Assembly (NCBI GenBank): GCA_009838035.1
Contig: VXSK01000020.1
Span: 875 to 64,874, forward strand
From: Gammaproteobacteria bacterium
GTDB lineage: Bacteria > Pseudomonadota > Gammaproteobacteria > Steroidobacterales > Foliamicaceae
Length of the DNA stretch: 64,000 nucleotides
Reading direction: 5' to 3'
Below, piece after piece: positions 8,242 through 16,830 of the stretch; position 1 is the stretch's first letter, and each line of letters opens with the position of its first letter. The position numbers were made by a program, and so were the translations under genes. Below the pieces are notes generated by a model, which saw only the letters and a program-made list of their open reading frames with translations, made no database searches and was not told the origin of the DNA.

Positions 8242-10395
8242 CTATATCAATTCCAGGCGCGCATAGGCCACGACCAGCCATTTTGATCCGTGTCGCTCGA
8301 AATTGACCTGCACCCGCGCATGGTCGCCCGCGCCTTCGCGGTTGAGCACCACCCCGTCGCCGAACTTCGGATGCGAGACCCGCTGGCCCAGCGCCGGTCC
8401 CGCCCCCGCGTCGAGTTCATCCGTTCCCGGAGCCGCTCCGCCCATGCGCACCGGCAGCGATACGTTGGGCTGAGGGCGAACTTCCTCGAGTAGTTCCGCA
8501 GGAATCTCGGAAAGGAAGCGCGAAGGGCGGTTGCGGTGCTCCTGGCCGCGCAGCCGGCGAACGTCGGCATAGCTGAGGTTGAGTTCCGTCATCGCCCGGG
8601 TGATGCCCACGTAGCACAGCCTGCGTTCCTCCTCCAGTTCGGCCTCGCTGTGCATCGAACGGCTGTGCGGGAACAGGCCCTCTTCCATGCCCGTCAGGAA
8701 CACGACCGGAAACTCCAGGCCCTTGGCGGCGTGCATGGTCATCAGTTGCACCGCGTTTTCGTCGTCAGCGCCGTCCTCGCCGCTCTCCAGGGCAGCGTGC
8801 GCGAGGAAGGCATTCAGCGGCGACGCCGGCTGGTCCTGCATGGATTCCTCGATCATTTGCGCGGCGTTGACCAGTTCGTCGAGATTTTCGACCCGCATGC
8901 GGTCGGTTTCGCTGCCCGAGGCCACCAGCCTTTCGACCAGTCCGCTGCCGCGTACGACCCGGCTGACCTGTTCGCCGAGTTCCAGGTGCTCGGTGTCCTC
9001 GGCCAGCGAATCGATCAGGGCCAGAAACCCCTTGAGCGCGCCGGCCGCCCGGGAGTTGAGGAACTGTTCGGACCGCCCGGCGGCATCCCAGAGCGTCAGC
9101 GCGTGGCGCCTGGCGTAACCGCGTACGGCGCGCATCGTGGCCTCGCCGATCCTGCGCGGTGGATTGTTCACGACCCGCTCGAACGAAGGGTCGTCGCCCC
9201 GGTTGGCCACGAGGCGCAGATAGGCAAGGGCGTCCTTGATCTCGGCCCGCTCGAAGAACCGAAGTCCCCCGTAGACGCGGTAGGGAATGCCCGCGCCCAC
9301 CAGCGCTTCCTCGAATACCCGCGACTGGGCGTTGGAGCGGTACAGCACGGCCAGATCGCGCAGCGATCCCGTGTCGTGTTCGCGCGCGCGGCTTACGACC
9401 TGGTTGGCCTCGTCCCATTCGTTATAGGCGGCGAACAGGTGCACCGGAGCGCCCCGGTCCCCGCGGGTCCACAGCTTCTTGCCGAACCGTGAGGCGTTGT
9501 TCGCGATGACCGCGTTGGCCGCCTTGAGGATGGTTGCCGTGGAGCGGTAGTTGCGCTCCAGCCGCACCATCCGCACGTCGCGGAAATCGCGAGTGTAATG
9601 CCGGATGTTCTCGACTTGCGCTCCGCGCCAGCGGTAGATGGACTGGTCGTCGTCGCCCACCGCGAAAGGCACGCCGCTGGTTCCGCACATGAGCTTCAGC
9701 CAGTCGTACTGGACACCGTTTGTGTCCTGGAACTCGTCCACCAGCAGCCAGCGAAAGCGTTCCCGGTAGCGGGCCAGCAGTTCGGAAGAGTCCTGCAGGA
9801 GTTCCGTGGAGCGCATCAGCAGTTCGCCGAAATCCACCAGCCCATACGACTCGCAGCGCTTCTGGTAAAGGGCGTAAAGCTGCTTCCTCTCTTCGCCGTA
9901 GGGCGCGGAGCCGGCGGGCGCCTGCTTGGGCCGCAGGCCCGCCTCCTTGGCGCCGGATATGAAGTACTGAAGCGACCGCGGCGTGATCATCCGCTCGTCG
10001 ATGCGCTCGTCGTTCAGCAGCCGCTTGATCAGCCGAAGCTGATCGGAGGCGTCGAGAATCTGGAAGTCCTGCCGCAGTCCCGCTTCGCTCCAGTGCCGCC
10101 TCAGGAGACGGTGCGCCAAACCGTGGAAGGTGCCGATCCAGAGCTGGCGGGTGGGTGTTTCGAGCAGCGTTTCGATGCGCGTGCGCATCTCGTTGGCGGC
10201 CTTGTTGGTGAAGGTGACGGCGTAGAGGTTCCAGGGCGACGCGCCGTGGGCGGCGACCAGCCAGGCGGCGCGATGCACGAGCACGCGCGTCTTGCCGCTG
10301 CCCGCGCCGGCCAGCACCAGGACCGGCTGTTCGCCGGCCGTTACCGCCTCGCGCTGGGCGGTGTTCAGCGGATCCAGGATGTGGGTAACGTCCAT
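8242..10395 (-). CDS. uvrD: DNA helicase II (UvrD, SF1A)
   Basis: Motif I AGAGSGKTRVL, motif II LLVDEFQDTN, YRSN, TMHAAKGLEF and VGITRA. 717 aa, the same size class as UvrD. Confidence 0.9.
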   Translation of the reverse strand: MDVTHILDPLNTAQREAVTAGEQPVLVLAGAGSGKTRVLVHRAAWLVAAHGASPWNLYAVTFTNKAANEMRTRIETLLETPTRQLWIGTFHGLAHRLLRRHWSEAGLRQDFQILDASDQLRLIKRLLNDERIDERMITPRSLQYFISGAKEAGLRPKQAPAGSAPYGEERKQLYALYQKRCESYGLVDFGELLMRSTELLQDSSELLARYRERFRWLLVDEFQDTNGVQYDWLKLMCGTSGVPFAVGDDDQSIYRWRGAQVENIRHYTRDFRDVRMVRLERNYRSTATILKAANAVIANNASRFGKKLWTRGDRGAPVHLFAAYNEWDEANQVVSRAREHDTGSLRDLAVLYRSNAQSRVFEEALVGAGIPYRVYGGLRFFERAEIKDALAYLRLVANRGDDPSFERVVNNPPRRIGEATMRAVRGYARRHALTLWDAAGRSEQFLNSRAAGALKGFLALIDSLAEDTEHLELGEQVSRVVRGSGLVERLVASGSETDRMRVENLDELVNAAQMIEESMQDQPASPLNAFLAHAALESGEDGADDENAVQLMTMHAAKGLEFPVVFLTGMEEGLFPHSRSMHSEAELEEERRLCYVGITRAMTELNLSYADVRRLRGQEHRNRPSRFLSEIPAELLEEVRPQPNVSLPVRMGGAAPGTDELDAGAGPALGQRVSHPKFGDGVVLNREGAGDHARVQVNFERHGSKWLVVAYARLELI

Positions 10396-10412
10396 GCGGG
10401 AACCCCGCTGCG

Positions 10413-10988
10413 TCAGCCGATCTTCGACAGCCTCAGCAGGTGCTTCGCGTCGCGGAACAGGCCGTCGGGATCAAGGCCGGGCGGATAGCTCAGAATCAGG
10501 TTGCCGAGCGGGTCCACCAGCAGGACCTCTCCCGGCTGGCGGGCTCCGATGCGTTCGATCAACTCGCTGCGCCCGGGTGCGCCGGCGGGCAGTACCACCA
10601 TGCCCGGGAAGGCTTGCGCCGCCAGTTCGTAATCCGGGTCTCCGACCAGGGGCAGGAACACGCGCTGCACCCGGTTCGCGTCCTTGCCCAGCGCCAGCCG
10701 GACCTGGCGCATGCGGATCAGCGCTTCCTCGCAGGCGGTCCCGCATTCGTCCCGCTCGAGGTAGAGGAAAGTCCAGCGCCCGGTCAGGCGGCCCTCGGCG
10801 CCGGCGTCGCCTCCCGGCGGCAGTTCGATGTCGCCGAGCTCAACCGGCGGGTCGGCCAGCACGCCATGAGCGTCCGGACCCGGATCAAGTCCAGCCCGGC
10901 CCGAGTACAGGAACCAGGCGACGACCACCGGCACCAGGAACAGTGCGGCAATCGCAATGATCTGGAGTTGTTTTGCGTTAATGCGCAT
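10413..10988 (-). CDS. Membrane-anchored CxxxC (SCO1/SenC-like thioredoxin-fold) protein, probable cytochrome oxidase biogenesis factor
   Basis: N-terminal TM helix and a CGTAC (CxxxC) motif after a beta-strand (WTFLYLERDECGTAC). It lies immediately downstream of SURF1 and overlaps it. Assigned by context and motif only. Confidence 0.4.
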   Translation of the reverse strand: MRINAKQLQIIAIAALFLVPVVVAWFLYSGRAGLDPGPDAHGVLADPPVELGDIELPPGGDAGAEGRLTGRWTFLYLERDECGTACEEALIRMRQVRLALGKDANRVQRVFLPLVGDPDYELAAQAFPGMVVLPAGAPGRSELIERIGARQPGEVLLVDPLGNLILSYPPGLDPDGLFRDAKHLLRLSKIG

Positions 10989-11700
10989 TTCGCGCTCTCC
11001 TGCGTTTCAAGGTTACCGCCAGCCAGATGCCGGCGGCGGCCGCGGCCAGGCCGTACCACTGCACGGCGTACGCCAGGTGCCGCTCCGGCGCCATGCCGTA
11101 GGGTCGCCAGGCCCGCACGTAACCGTCCGGCTCTTCGCCGTCCAGCAGGACCTGGTAATCGGGCAGCGGCGAATCGAACAGGCCGCGCAACTGATCGGCG
11201 GTCGGATAGACCATCCGTTGCGGCCATGGGGCCTTCGCGGCCTCTTCCTCAAGGCGAAGTCCGCGCCGGAAGTACGGGACCGCAATACCGACTACTTCGC
11301 GCTCGCCGCCGCTTACCGCCAGTTCCGGCAGTTCCGAACGGTCCGGCCCGCCGGCCACAAAACCGCGATTCACCATTACCAGGCTGCCGGCCGTTTCGAG
11401 CGGCGTCAGAACGTGGTAGCCCCGCATGCCCTCGTGGGTCATGTTGTCGAGCAGCACCTGCCGGTCCGCCAGGTAGCGTCCGGTCAGGCGCACCCGCGTG
11501 TTGTCTCCGCCGGCCGGCACCGACGCCAGGCCGCTAACCGGCAGCGACCCCTCGGCGCTTTCGAACGCGTCCAGCACCGCCCGCCTTTCCGCGGAGCGGT
11601 TCAGCTGCCAGGTCCCCAGCGAGCCGAACACCGCCAGGCCCAGAAGCATGAGCAGGAGGTTGCGGACGCCGGAGCGCCGGTGGGAAGGCGGAGTTATCAT
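10978..11700 (-). CDS. SURF1 family cytochrome oxidase assembly protein
   Basis: Internal ATG at 11700 (cat at 11698-11700). LLGLAVFGSLGTWQLNRSAERRAVLD is the typical SURF1 N-terminus, and a C-terminal TM contains HLAYAVQWYGLA. Confidence 0.75.
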   Translation of the reverse strand: MITPPSHRRSGVRNLLLMLLGLAVFGSLGTWQLNRSAERRAVLDAFESAEGSLPVSGLASVPAGGDNTRVRLTGRYLADRQVLLDNMTHEGMRGYHVLTPLETAGSLVMVNRGFVAGGPDRSELPELAVSGGEREVVGIAVPYFRRGLRLEEEAAKAPWPQRMVYPTADQLRGLFDSPLPDYQVLLDGEEPDGYVRAWRPYGMAPERHLAYAVQWYGLAAAAAGIWLAVTLKRRRARNAH

Positions 11701-11724
11701 GCGGTTTCGCGCCGGAACAGGAAG

Positions 11725-11934
11725 ATGATTCGAGCACTCATCGTCGTGCTGCTGCTGGCTATTATCGCCAGCCTGGGGTCGGGTTTGTACCACATGGTGT
11801 CCGCAAAGGGCGATCCGGGCCGAATGGTGCGCTCGCTCGCGTGGCGCGTAGCGCTTTCCGCGGCTCTCTTCCTGTTGATCATCCTGTTCTGGTGGCTCGG
11901 CCTGATCGAGCCCGGCGGCATCTATCGGCGCTAG
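11725..11934 (+). CDS. Twin transmembrane helix small protein (DUF2909 / HIG1-like)
   Basis: ATG at 11725. The 69-aa product MIRALIVVLLLAIIASLGSGLYHM...WRVALSAALFLLIILFWWLGLI has two TM helices. Divergent from SURF1, as in cox loci. Confidence 0.7.
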   Translation: MIRALIVVLLLAIIASLGSGLYHMVSAKGDPGRMVRSLAWRVALSAALFLLIILFWWLGLIEPGGIYRR

Positions 11935-12311
11935 ACGCGAACGGCGCCGAGCGCCCGATCGAAAGTCTTGATTTCGCGGACGCCGCGCCGGCGGCAGCAG
12001 GCGAGATGACACAGGTCGCGCGCCGTCAGTGCGGGCAGTTGTTCCTGGAGTTGCCGCGCCAGCGTAACGTCCTCCAGTTCCAGCGGCCAAACCTCGGTGC
12101 GCGTCCTCTCGATCAGGGCAAGGGCGGCATCCAGCGTCCTGATGCGGCCGACCGGAAGGTAGTAGTGCAACATTTCCTGGACCACCTCCGCCGAGGTGCA
12201 TAGACGGGACTGCTCGTTCAGTGCCTCGGCAAAGAACGCCCGGGCGTTTTCCCGAAGCGGGTGGGGTCGCCCCACCACGTACATGAAGACATTGGAATCG
12301 ACGAAGATCAT
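11931..12311 (-). CDS. vapC: Type II toxin VapC (PIN-domain ribonuclease)
   Basis: MIFVDSNVF... carries the PIN acidic residues (D5, E in EVVQE, D in TARD, D in FDRAL). A 4-nt ATGA overlap with the upstream antitoxin gene. Confidence 0.85.
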   Translation of the reverse strand: MIFVDSNVFMYVVGRPHPLRENARAFFAEALNEQSRLCTSAEVVQEMLHYYLPVGRIRTLDAALALIERTRTEVWPLELEDVTLARQLQEQLPALTARDLCHLACCRRRGVREIKTFDRALGAVRV

Positions 12312-12583
12312 GTTCCGGAGGAGCCGCGTCCGCGAGATTGTTCGATCACCCGCAGGTGCTGGTCCCAGTCGGGTTCCTTTTCGGGTCCTTCCAGCTCATC
12401 GCACTGGCGGAAGAACGCCTGCAGGTCGCCTGCATTGCGAAAGAGACGGGATTCCTGCTGACTTCCAAGCCTCTGATGCGCTGCCGCCCGGAGCCAGGCG
12501 CTCAGGGTCATGCCTTCGCGCCGCGCCTGGTGAACGAAGCGGTCCCGGTCCTTGTCGGGCATGATCAGTTGAACGCGGGCCAT
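12308..12583 (-). CDS. vapB: Type II antitoxin, ribbon-helix-helix type (VapB-like)
   Basis: Internal ATG at 12583. MARVQLIMPDKDRDRFVHQARREGMTLSAWLR is an RHH/CopG-like N-terminus. Translationally coupled to vapC. Confidence 0.7.
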   Translation of the reverse strand: MARVQLIMPDKDRDRFVHQARREGMTLSAWLRAAAHQRLGSQQESRLFRNAGDLQAFFRQCDELEGPEKEPDWDQHLRVIEQSRGRGSSGT

Positions 12584-12608
12584 GCGAAATAACTCATAAA
12601 AGATGCGG

Positions 12609-12629
12609 ATGTGTATGAATCTTACACAT
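12609..12629. promoter_or_regulatory. Perfect inverted repeat ATGTGTA-N7-TACACAT upstream of vapB (candidate TA operator)
   Basis: Read directly from the sequence. It lies 26-46 nt upstream of the vapB ATG in an AT-rich patch. TA promoters are commonly autoregulated through such palindromes. Confidence 0.35.
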
Positions 12630-12667
12630 TTCGATACGAGCGTCAATCGGGTTGCGGCCGGTCGCAT

Positions 12668-14173
12668 TCAGGTAAAACCGCTTCCGCGCAGGGCCAGAGC
12701 TTCGGCGATGTGGCGCTCGGCCACGCGGACGGCCGATTCCAGGTCGGCGATCGTGCGGGCCACCTTGAGGATTCGTGCGCATGCGCGAGGCGAGAGCGCA
12801 AGTTTCCGGGCTGCGTGCTCAAGCAGGACTCGTCCGTCCTGCCGTGGGCGGCAGTGGACCCGGAGTTCGACGTCCTCCAGTTCGGCATTACATTTCGTGC
12901 TTCGGTCCATCTGTATTTCCCGGGCTTCCACGACCCTCGTGCGGACCTGGGCGCTTGAAATTCCGTTTCCGTCGCGGGGATGGTCGGCGAGGATGGGGCG
13001 CTCCGGCCGGCAGACTTGCACCCGCAAGTCGACGCGGTCGAGAAACGGTCCGGAAATCCGTCCCTGGTAGCGGCGCACCGCCTCCGGAGTGCAACGGCAC
13101 TCGCGCTGTGGATCGCCGACGAAACCGCAAGGACAGGGATTCATTGCCGCCAGCAACTGGAAGCGCGCCGGAAAGGTGACCGTGTAACGGGCCCTGGACA
13201 CCACGATGTTGCGGGTTTCCAGCGGTTCCCGAAGGGATTCCAGGGCGTCGCGGCGGAACTGCGGCAATTCGTCGAGGAACAGCACCCCGTTGTGGGCGAG
13301 GGAGATTTCGCCCGGAGTGGGCCGCGCGCCGCCGCCGACGAGCGCGGCGACCGAGCAGGTGTGATGCGGGTTGCGGAAGGGACGCCGCCGCCAGTTTTCC
13401 TCCAGCGCGATGCCCTTGAGCGAATGCAGGGTCGCGGTTTCCAGCGCTTCCTCCTCGCTCATGGGCGGAAGGAGGCCGGGGAAGCGCTTGGCCAGCATGC
13501 TCTTGCCCGCGCCCGGCGGTCCGCTCAACAGCAGGTTATGCCCCCCGGCGGCGGCGATCTCCATTGCCCGCTTGGCCTGCGCCATTTCGATCACGTCGTT
13601 CAGTTCGGGGTATGCGGCCGCTCGGACACGGTCGCCGCTATAGGCGACGCGCTCGGGTTCGCCATGCGCGTAAAGGCAGTCCACAAGCTGCCTGAGGTCG
13701 GTCACCGCTACCGCGCGCGCCGCCTTCACCAGCCCCGCTTCGGCGGAATTGGCCTCGGGAAGAAACAGCGTCCTGCCGCGCCGCGAGGCGGCGAGCAAGG
13801 AAGGCAGGACGCCCGGGACGGGCCGCAGCGCTCCGGTGAGCGCCAACTCGCCCAGGAACTCGACCCCCGCCAGTATCGCCGGGTCGATCTGCTTGCTTGC
13901 AGCCAGGATACCCAGGGCAATGGGGATGTCGTAGCGCCCGCCGCTCTTGGGCAACTCCACGGGCGCCAGGTTTACCGTGATGCTGCTCAGCGGCATCTCG
14001 AATCTCGAACTCCGCAGCGCGTGGCGCACCCGCGATGCGCTTTCCCGCACTTCCTTTTTTGCCAGGCCCACGATGGTGATGCCCGGCAGGCCGTTGGTGA
14101 TGCCCACTTCCACCGTAACGCTTGGAGCCTCGACGCCGTTGAGCGCGCTCGTGTGGATCGTTGATGGATTCAC
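12668..14173 (-). CDS. yifB: YifB/ComM family Mg-chelatase-like AAA+ ATPase
   Basis: The N-terminal Lon-like domain begins ALNGVEAPSVTVEV. Walker A GPPGAGKSM, Walker B VLFLDELPQF, plus the C-terminal Mg-chelatase domain. I chose the GTG at 14173 (GGAAGG 4 nt upstream) over the longer ORF start at 14269. Confidence 0.9.
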   Translation of the reverse strand: MNPSTIHTSALNGVEAPSVTVEVGITNGLPGITIVGLAKKEVRESASRVRHALRSSRFEMPLSSITVNLAPVELPKSGGRYDIPIALGILAASKQIDPAILAGVEFLGELALTGALRPVPGVLPSLLAASRRGRTLFLPEANSAEAGLVKAARAVAVTDLRQLVDCLYAHGEPERVAYSGDRVRAAAYPELNDVIEMAQAKRAMEIAAAGGHNLLLSGPPGAGKSMLAKRFPGLLPPMSEEEALETATLHSLKGIALEENWRRRPFRNPHHTCSVAALVGGGARPTPGEISLAHNGVLFLDELPQFRRDALESLREPLETRNIVVSRARYTVTFPARFQLLAAMNPCPCGFVGDPQRECRCTPEAVRRYQGRISGPFLDRVDLRVQVCRPERPILADHPRDGNGISSAQVRTRVVEAREIQMDRSTKCNAELEDVELRVHCRPRQDGRVLLEHAARKLALSPRACARILKVARTIADLESAVRVAERHIAEALALRGSGFT

Positions 14174-14198
14174 TGCCTTCCCTGGCCCGCCGTCCTGG

Positions 14199-14450
14199 TC
14201 AGTCTCGTTGCGGTTCGATCTCCGCCAGGGCCTGCCCCAGCGCCTCGACTTTCCTGCGCGTGCGCTCAAGCACGCGCTTTTGCGCCTCGAATTCCTCGAA
14301 GGTCACGTAGTCGCCCCGGCCCAGGGCGGACTGGAGCAGGGCCCGGAAATTGGTTTCCAGGTCTTTCGCCGCTCCCTGGGCCGAGGGCGGAACCAGCTTG
14401 CGCAGGCGCCGGGCCAGATCGGAAATGAATTCGTCGTTCATGGTGGGCAA
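14199..14450 (-). CDS. ubiK: Ubiquinone biosynthesis accessory factor UbiK (YqiC/BMFP family)
   Basis: 83-aa coiled-coil protein: DLARRLRKLVP...LETNFRALLQSALGRGDYVTFEEFEAQKRVLERTRRKVEALG. Upstream of yifB, as in other Gammaproteobacteria. Confidence 0.75.
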   Translation of the reverse strand: MPTMNDEFISDLARRLRKLVPPSAQGAAKDLETNFRALLQSALGRGDYVTFEEFEAQKRVLERTRRKVEALGQALAEIEPQRD

Positions 14451-14554
14451 GGTTGCGTTATCGGCCGCCCGTTTGTCCAGTATCGAATTGTCCGCATAAG
14501 CGGAGAAATATCGCGCCGAGTTGATAGACTAGCCGGATTGCACCGGAGGACCGT

Positions 14555-15670
14555 ATGGCGGGAGCAAAATCCAATCCCCCCGGCAAGGCGGCGAAGCCGA
14601 AGGCTGGCGCTGCGAAGAAGGCCGCGTCGGCCGGCAGCCCTCCCGCGAAGGCCGATTCGTCGAAGACCGAAAAAGCGGCTCCGCGCAGGCGCCTGTGGTG
14701 GTTGTGGCTGATCCCGCTGATCGTGTTCGCGGCGGGCTTCTGGCTCTGGTATGACTACCTGGCCGGTCTGCCGTCTCGCGTTGCGGAACTCGAGCAACAA
14801 GTTGCCGAAATCGGGCAATTCGAGGCAAGGCTGGGAGAGCTTGAGAGCCGCCGCGACGCGGACGCCGCGCGGCAGGCTGCCGATGCCGAGGCCGCGCGGC
14901 GGGCGTCCGAGCGGGTGCGCGACGCGCTGGAAGTGCGACTGGCAGCGGCCGAACGGGCGCTGGAGTCGCTGGGAAGCCGCCCCGCGGGCCAGCAGGTGCG
15001 CTGGCGCCTCGATGCGGCCGACAACCTGCTGGCCCTGGCCGACCGCCAGAACCGGTTTGCGCGCGACTATGAAGGCGCCGCGCTGGCCGTCCGCGAAGCG
15101 CTGGATTTGCTGGCCCAGGTGGGCGATCCCCGCTACGGCGCCGTGCGGGCGGAATTGCAGGAGCAGGCGCGGGCGCTGGAAAGGATGCCGGCCCGCGACA
15201 TCCAGGGCGTGGTGGTCCGGCTTGGCGCCCTTCTTTCCAGGGTCGAGGGTCTGAAGCCGGACCTCCGGCCGTCGGCCGGAGAAACGCCGGGCGCGGAAGA
15301 ACTTCCGGAGCGGGGCTGGCAGCGCGCGCTGGCCAGCACCCGGCGCGCATTGCGCTCGCTGATCACGGTCCGGCGCACCGAGGGCAGCGTCGATACGCTC
15401 CTGACCGATACCGATACGGAAATGCTGCAGCGTTTGCTGACGGCGGAACTGCACCTGGCGCGCCTGGCCTACATCCAGGGCGATCTGCAGTCGTACTCCG
15501 CGGCCCTGGTTGCCGCCCGCGGTCGGCTGGCGCGCCTCTATGCGGGGGACGATCCGGACGTTTCCGATACGCTGGCCGACATCGACGAGTTGCTGGAGTT
15601 GGCGCAGGGACGGGAAGGGCCCGATATCGCTTCTTCGCTGCAGCGCCTGCGGAACATCCGCGCCGATTGA
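14555..15670 (+). CDS. hemX: HemX-like membrane protein (often mislabelled uroporphyrinogen-III C-methyltransferase)
   Basis: Lys/Ala-rich N-terminus, one TM helix (LWWLWLIPLIVFAAGFWLW), then a long coiled coil. Immediately followed by hemY. Confidence 0.7.
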   Translation: MAGAKSNPPGKAAKPKAGAAKKAASAGSPPAKADSSKTEKAAPRRRLWWLWLIPLIVFAAGFWLWYDYLAGLPSRVAELEQQVAEIGQFEARLGELESRRDADAARQAADAEAARRASERVRDALEVRLAAAERALESLGSRPAGQQVRWRLDAADNLLALADRQNRFARDYEGAALAVREALDLLAQVGDPRYGAVRAELQEQARALERMPARDIQGVVVRLGALLSRVEGLKPDLRPSAGETPGAEELPERGWQRALASTRRALRSLITVRRTEGSVDTLLTDTDTEMLQRLLTAELHLARLAYIQGDLQSYSAALVAARGRLARLYAGDDPDVSDTLADIDELLELAQGREGPDIASSLQRLRNIRAD

Positions 15671-15671
15671 C

Positions 15672-16826
15672 ATGCGCGCCGGGCTGATCGTGGTCCTGGT
15701 GCTGCTGCTGGTGGCGGTAGCGGCCCAGTTCCTTGCCGCGGACGCGGGCTACGTGCTCATTTCTTTCCAGGGTTGGGCGGTGGAGATGACCGTTCCCATA
15801 CTCATCGTCCTGCTGGCCCTGCTGCTGTTCGTGGCCGGACTGTTGCGCAGGATCCGCCAGGCGCCGCGGCTGGTGGCCGAACGCGCGGCGAAAGCGAGCG
15901 CGAGGCGCACCGGCCGCCGCGTCGCGCGTGGCCTTACGGCGCTGGCCGCCGGCCGGCTCGCGCGCGCCGAGCGGCTGCTGGCCAAGTCCGCGGACCGAAG
16001 CCAGGCGCCGGTGCTGCAATACCTGGCGTCCGCCCGCCTGGCGCATGGCTCCGGCGATGCGGAACGCCGGGATCACTGGTTTTCGCTTGCCGAGAAGGCC
16101 CAACCGGAGGCGCGCGACGCGGTCGCGCTGGAGCGGGCGGAACTGCACCTGGGCGCCGGGGAGCGGGCCGCGGCCATGAGCCATCTGGCCGGGATACTCG
16201 AGCGCGAGCCGCGGCACCTGCAAGCCCTGCGCCTGTTCATTCCGCTGCAATTGCAGCGGGAGGAATGGGGGGAGGCGGCCCGTCGCCTCAAGGCGCTGCG
16301 CAAGCACGGACAGATGGCCGCCGGCGACGCGGCCCTCTGGACCGTCAAGGCCTATACCGGCCTGCTGGGCGAAGCGAGCGATGCGCGTCGCGTGCAGCGC
16401 CTTTGGGGGGAGATCCCGCGCGACTTGCGCGGCAACGACAAGCTGGCGCTGGCCCATGCCCGCGCGCTGATGCGGAACGGCGCCCACGAGCTGGCCGAAC
16501 AGGGCCTGCGGCGCCGTCTCGACGCGCAATGGAACTCGGAGCTGGCCGTTGCCTACGGCGAACTCGAACTCCGGGACATCCCCGCGGCCATCCGTCATGC
16601 CGAGCGCTGGCTGGCGGAGAATCCGCAGGACGCCGCGCTGCTGCTGGCGCTTGGGCGTTTGTGCCGCAAGGCGAAGCTGTGGGGCAAGGCACGTTCCTAT
16701 ATCGAGACCTCGCTCGGCCTCGAGGAGTCACGCGTCGGCTGGCGTGAACTGGCCGAGATGCTCGAGGAGCTGGACGACAGCGACGCGGCGGGCGAGGCCT
16801 ACCGCAAGGGCTTGCGCTTGGGCTAG
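15672..16826 (+). CDS. hemY: HemY protein (TPR membrane protein of the hemCDXY group)
   Basis: ATG at 15672, 1 nt after the hemX stop. Two N-terminal TM helices (HemY_N) followed by TPR-like repeats. 384 aa. Confidence 0.8.
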   Translation: MRAGLIVVLVLLLVAVAAQFLAADAGYVLISFQGWAVEMTVPILIVLLALLLFVAGLLRRIRQAPRLVAERAAKASARRTGRRVARGLTALAAGRLARAERLLAKSADRSQAPVLQYLASARLAHGSGDAERRDHWFSLAEKAQPEARDAVALERAELHLGAGERAAAMSHLAGILEREPRHLQALRLFIPLQLQREEWGEAARRLKALRKHGQMAAGDAALWTVKAYTGLLGEASDARRVQRLWGEIPRDLRGNDKLALAHARALMRNGAHELAEQGLRRRLDAQWNSELAVAYGELELRDIPAAIRHAERWLAENPQDAALLLALGRLCRKAKLWGKARSYIETSLGLEESRVGWRELAEMLEELDDSDAAGEAYRKGLRLG

Positions 16827-16830
16827 TGTT

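Noticed and set aside
8242-10395. UvrD-like helicase considered as part of a defence system (for example a Gabija GajB-like component)
   Set aside because: It is full-length with all SF1A motifs and the size of housekeeping UvrD. No ATPase/Toprim or nuclease partner is adjacent. The neighbours are trkA and cox-assembly genes.
16549-16830. N-terminal 94-aa extension of the receptor ORF that overlaps hemY
   Set aside because: The extension is out of frame with, and overlaps, the well-supported hemY coding region. A GTG at 16831 is followed by a signal-peptide-like sequence and fits better.
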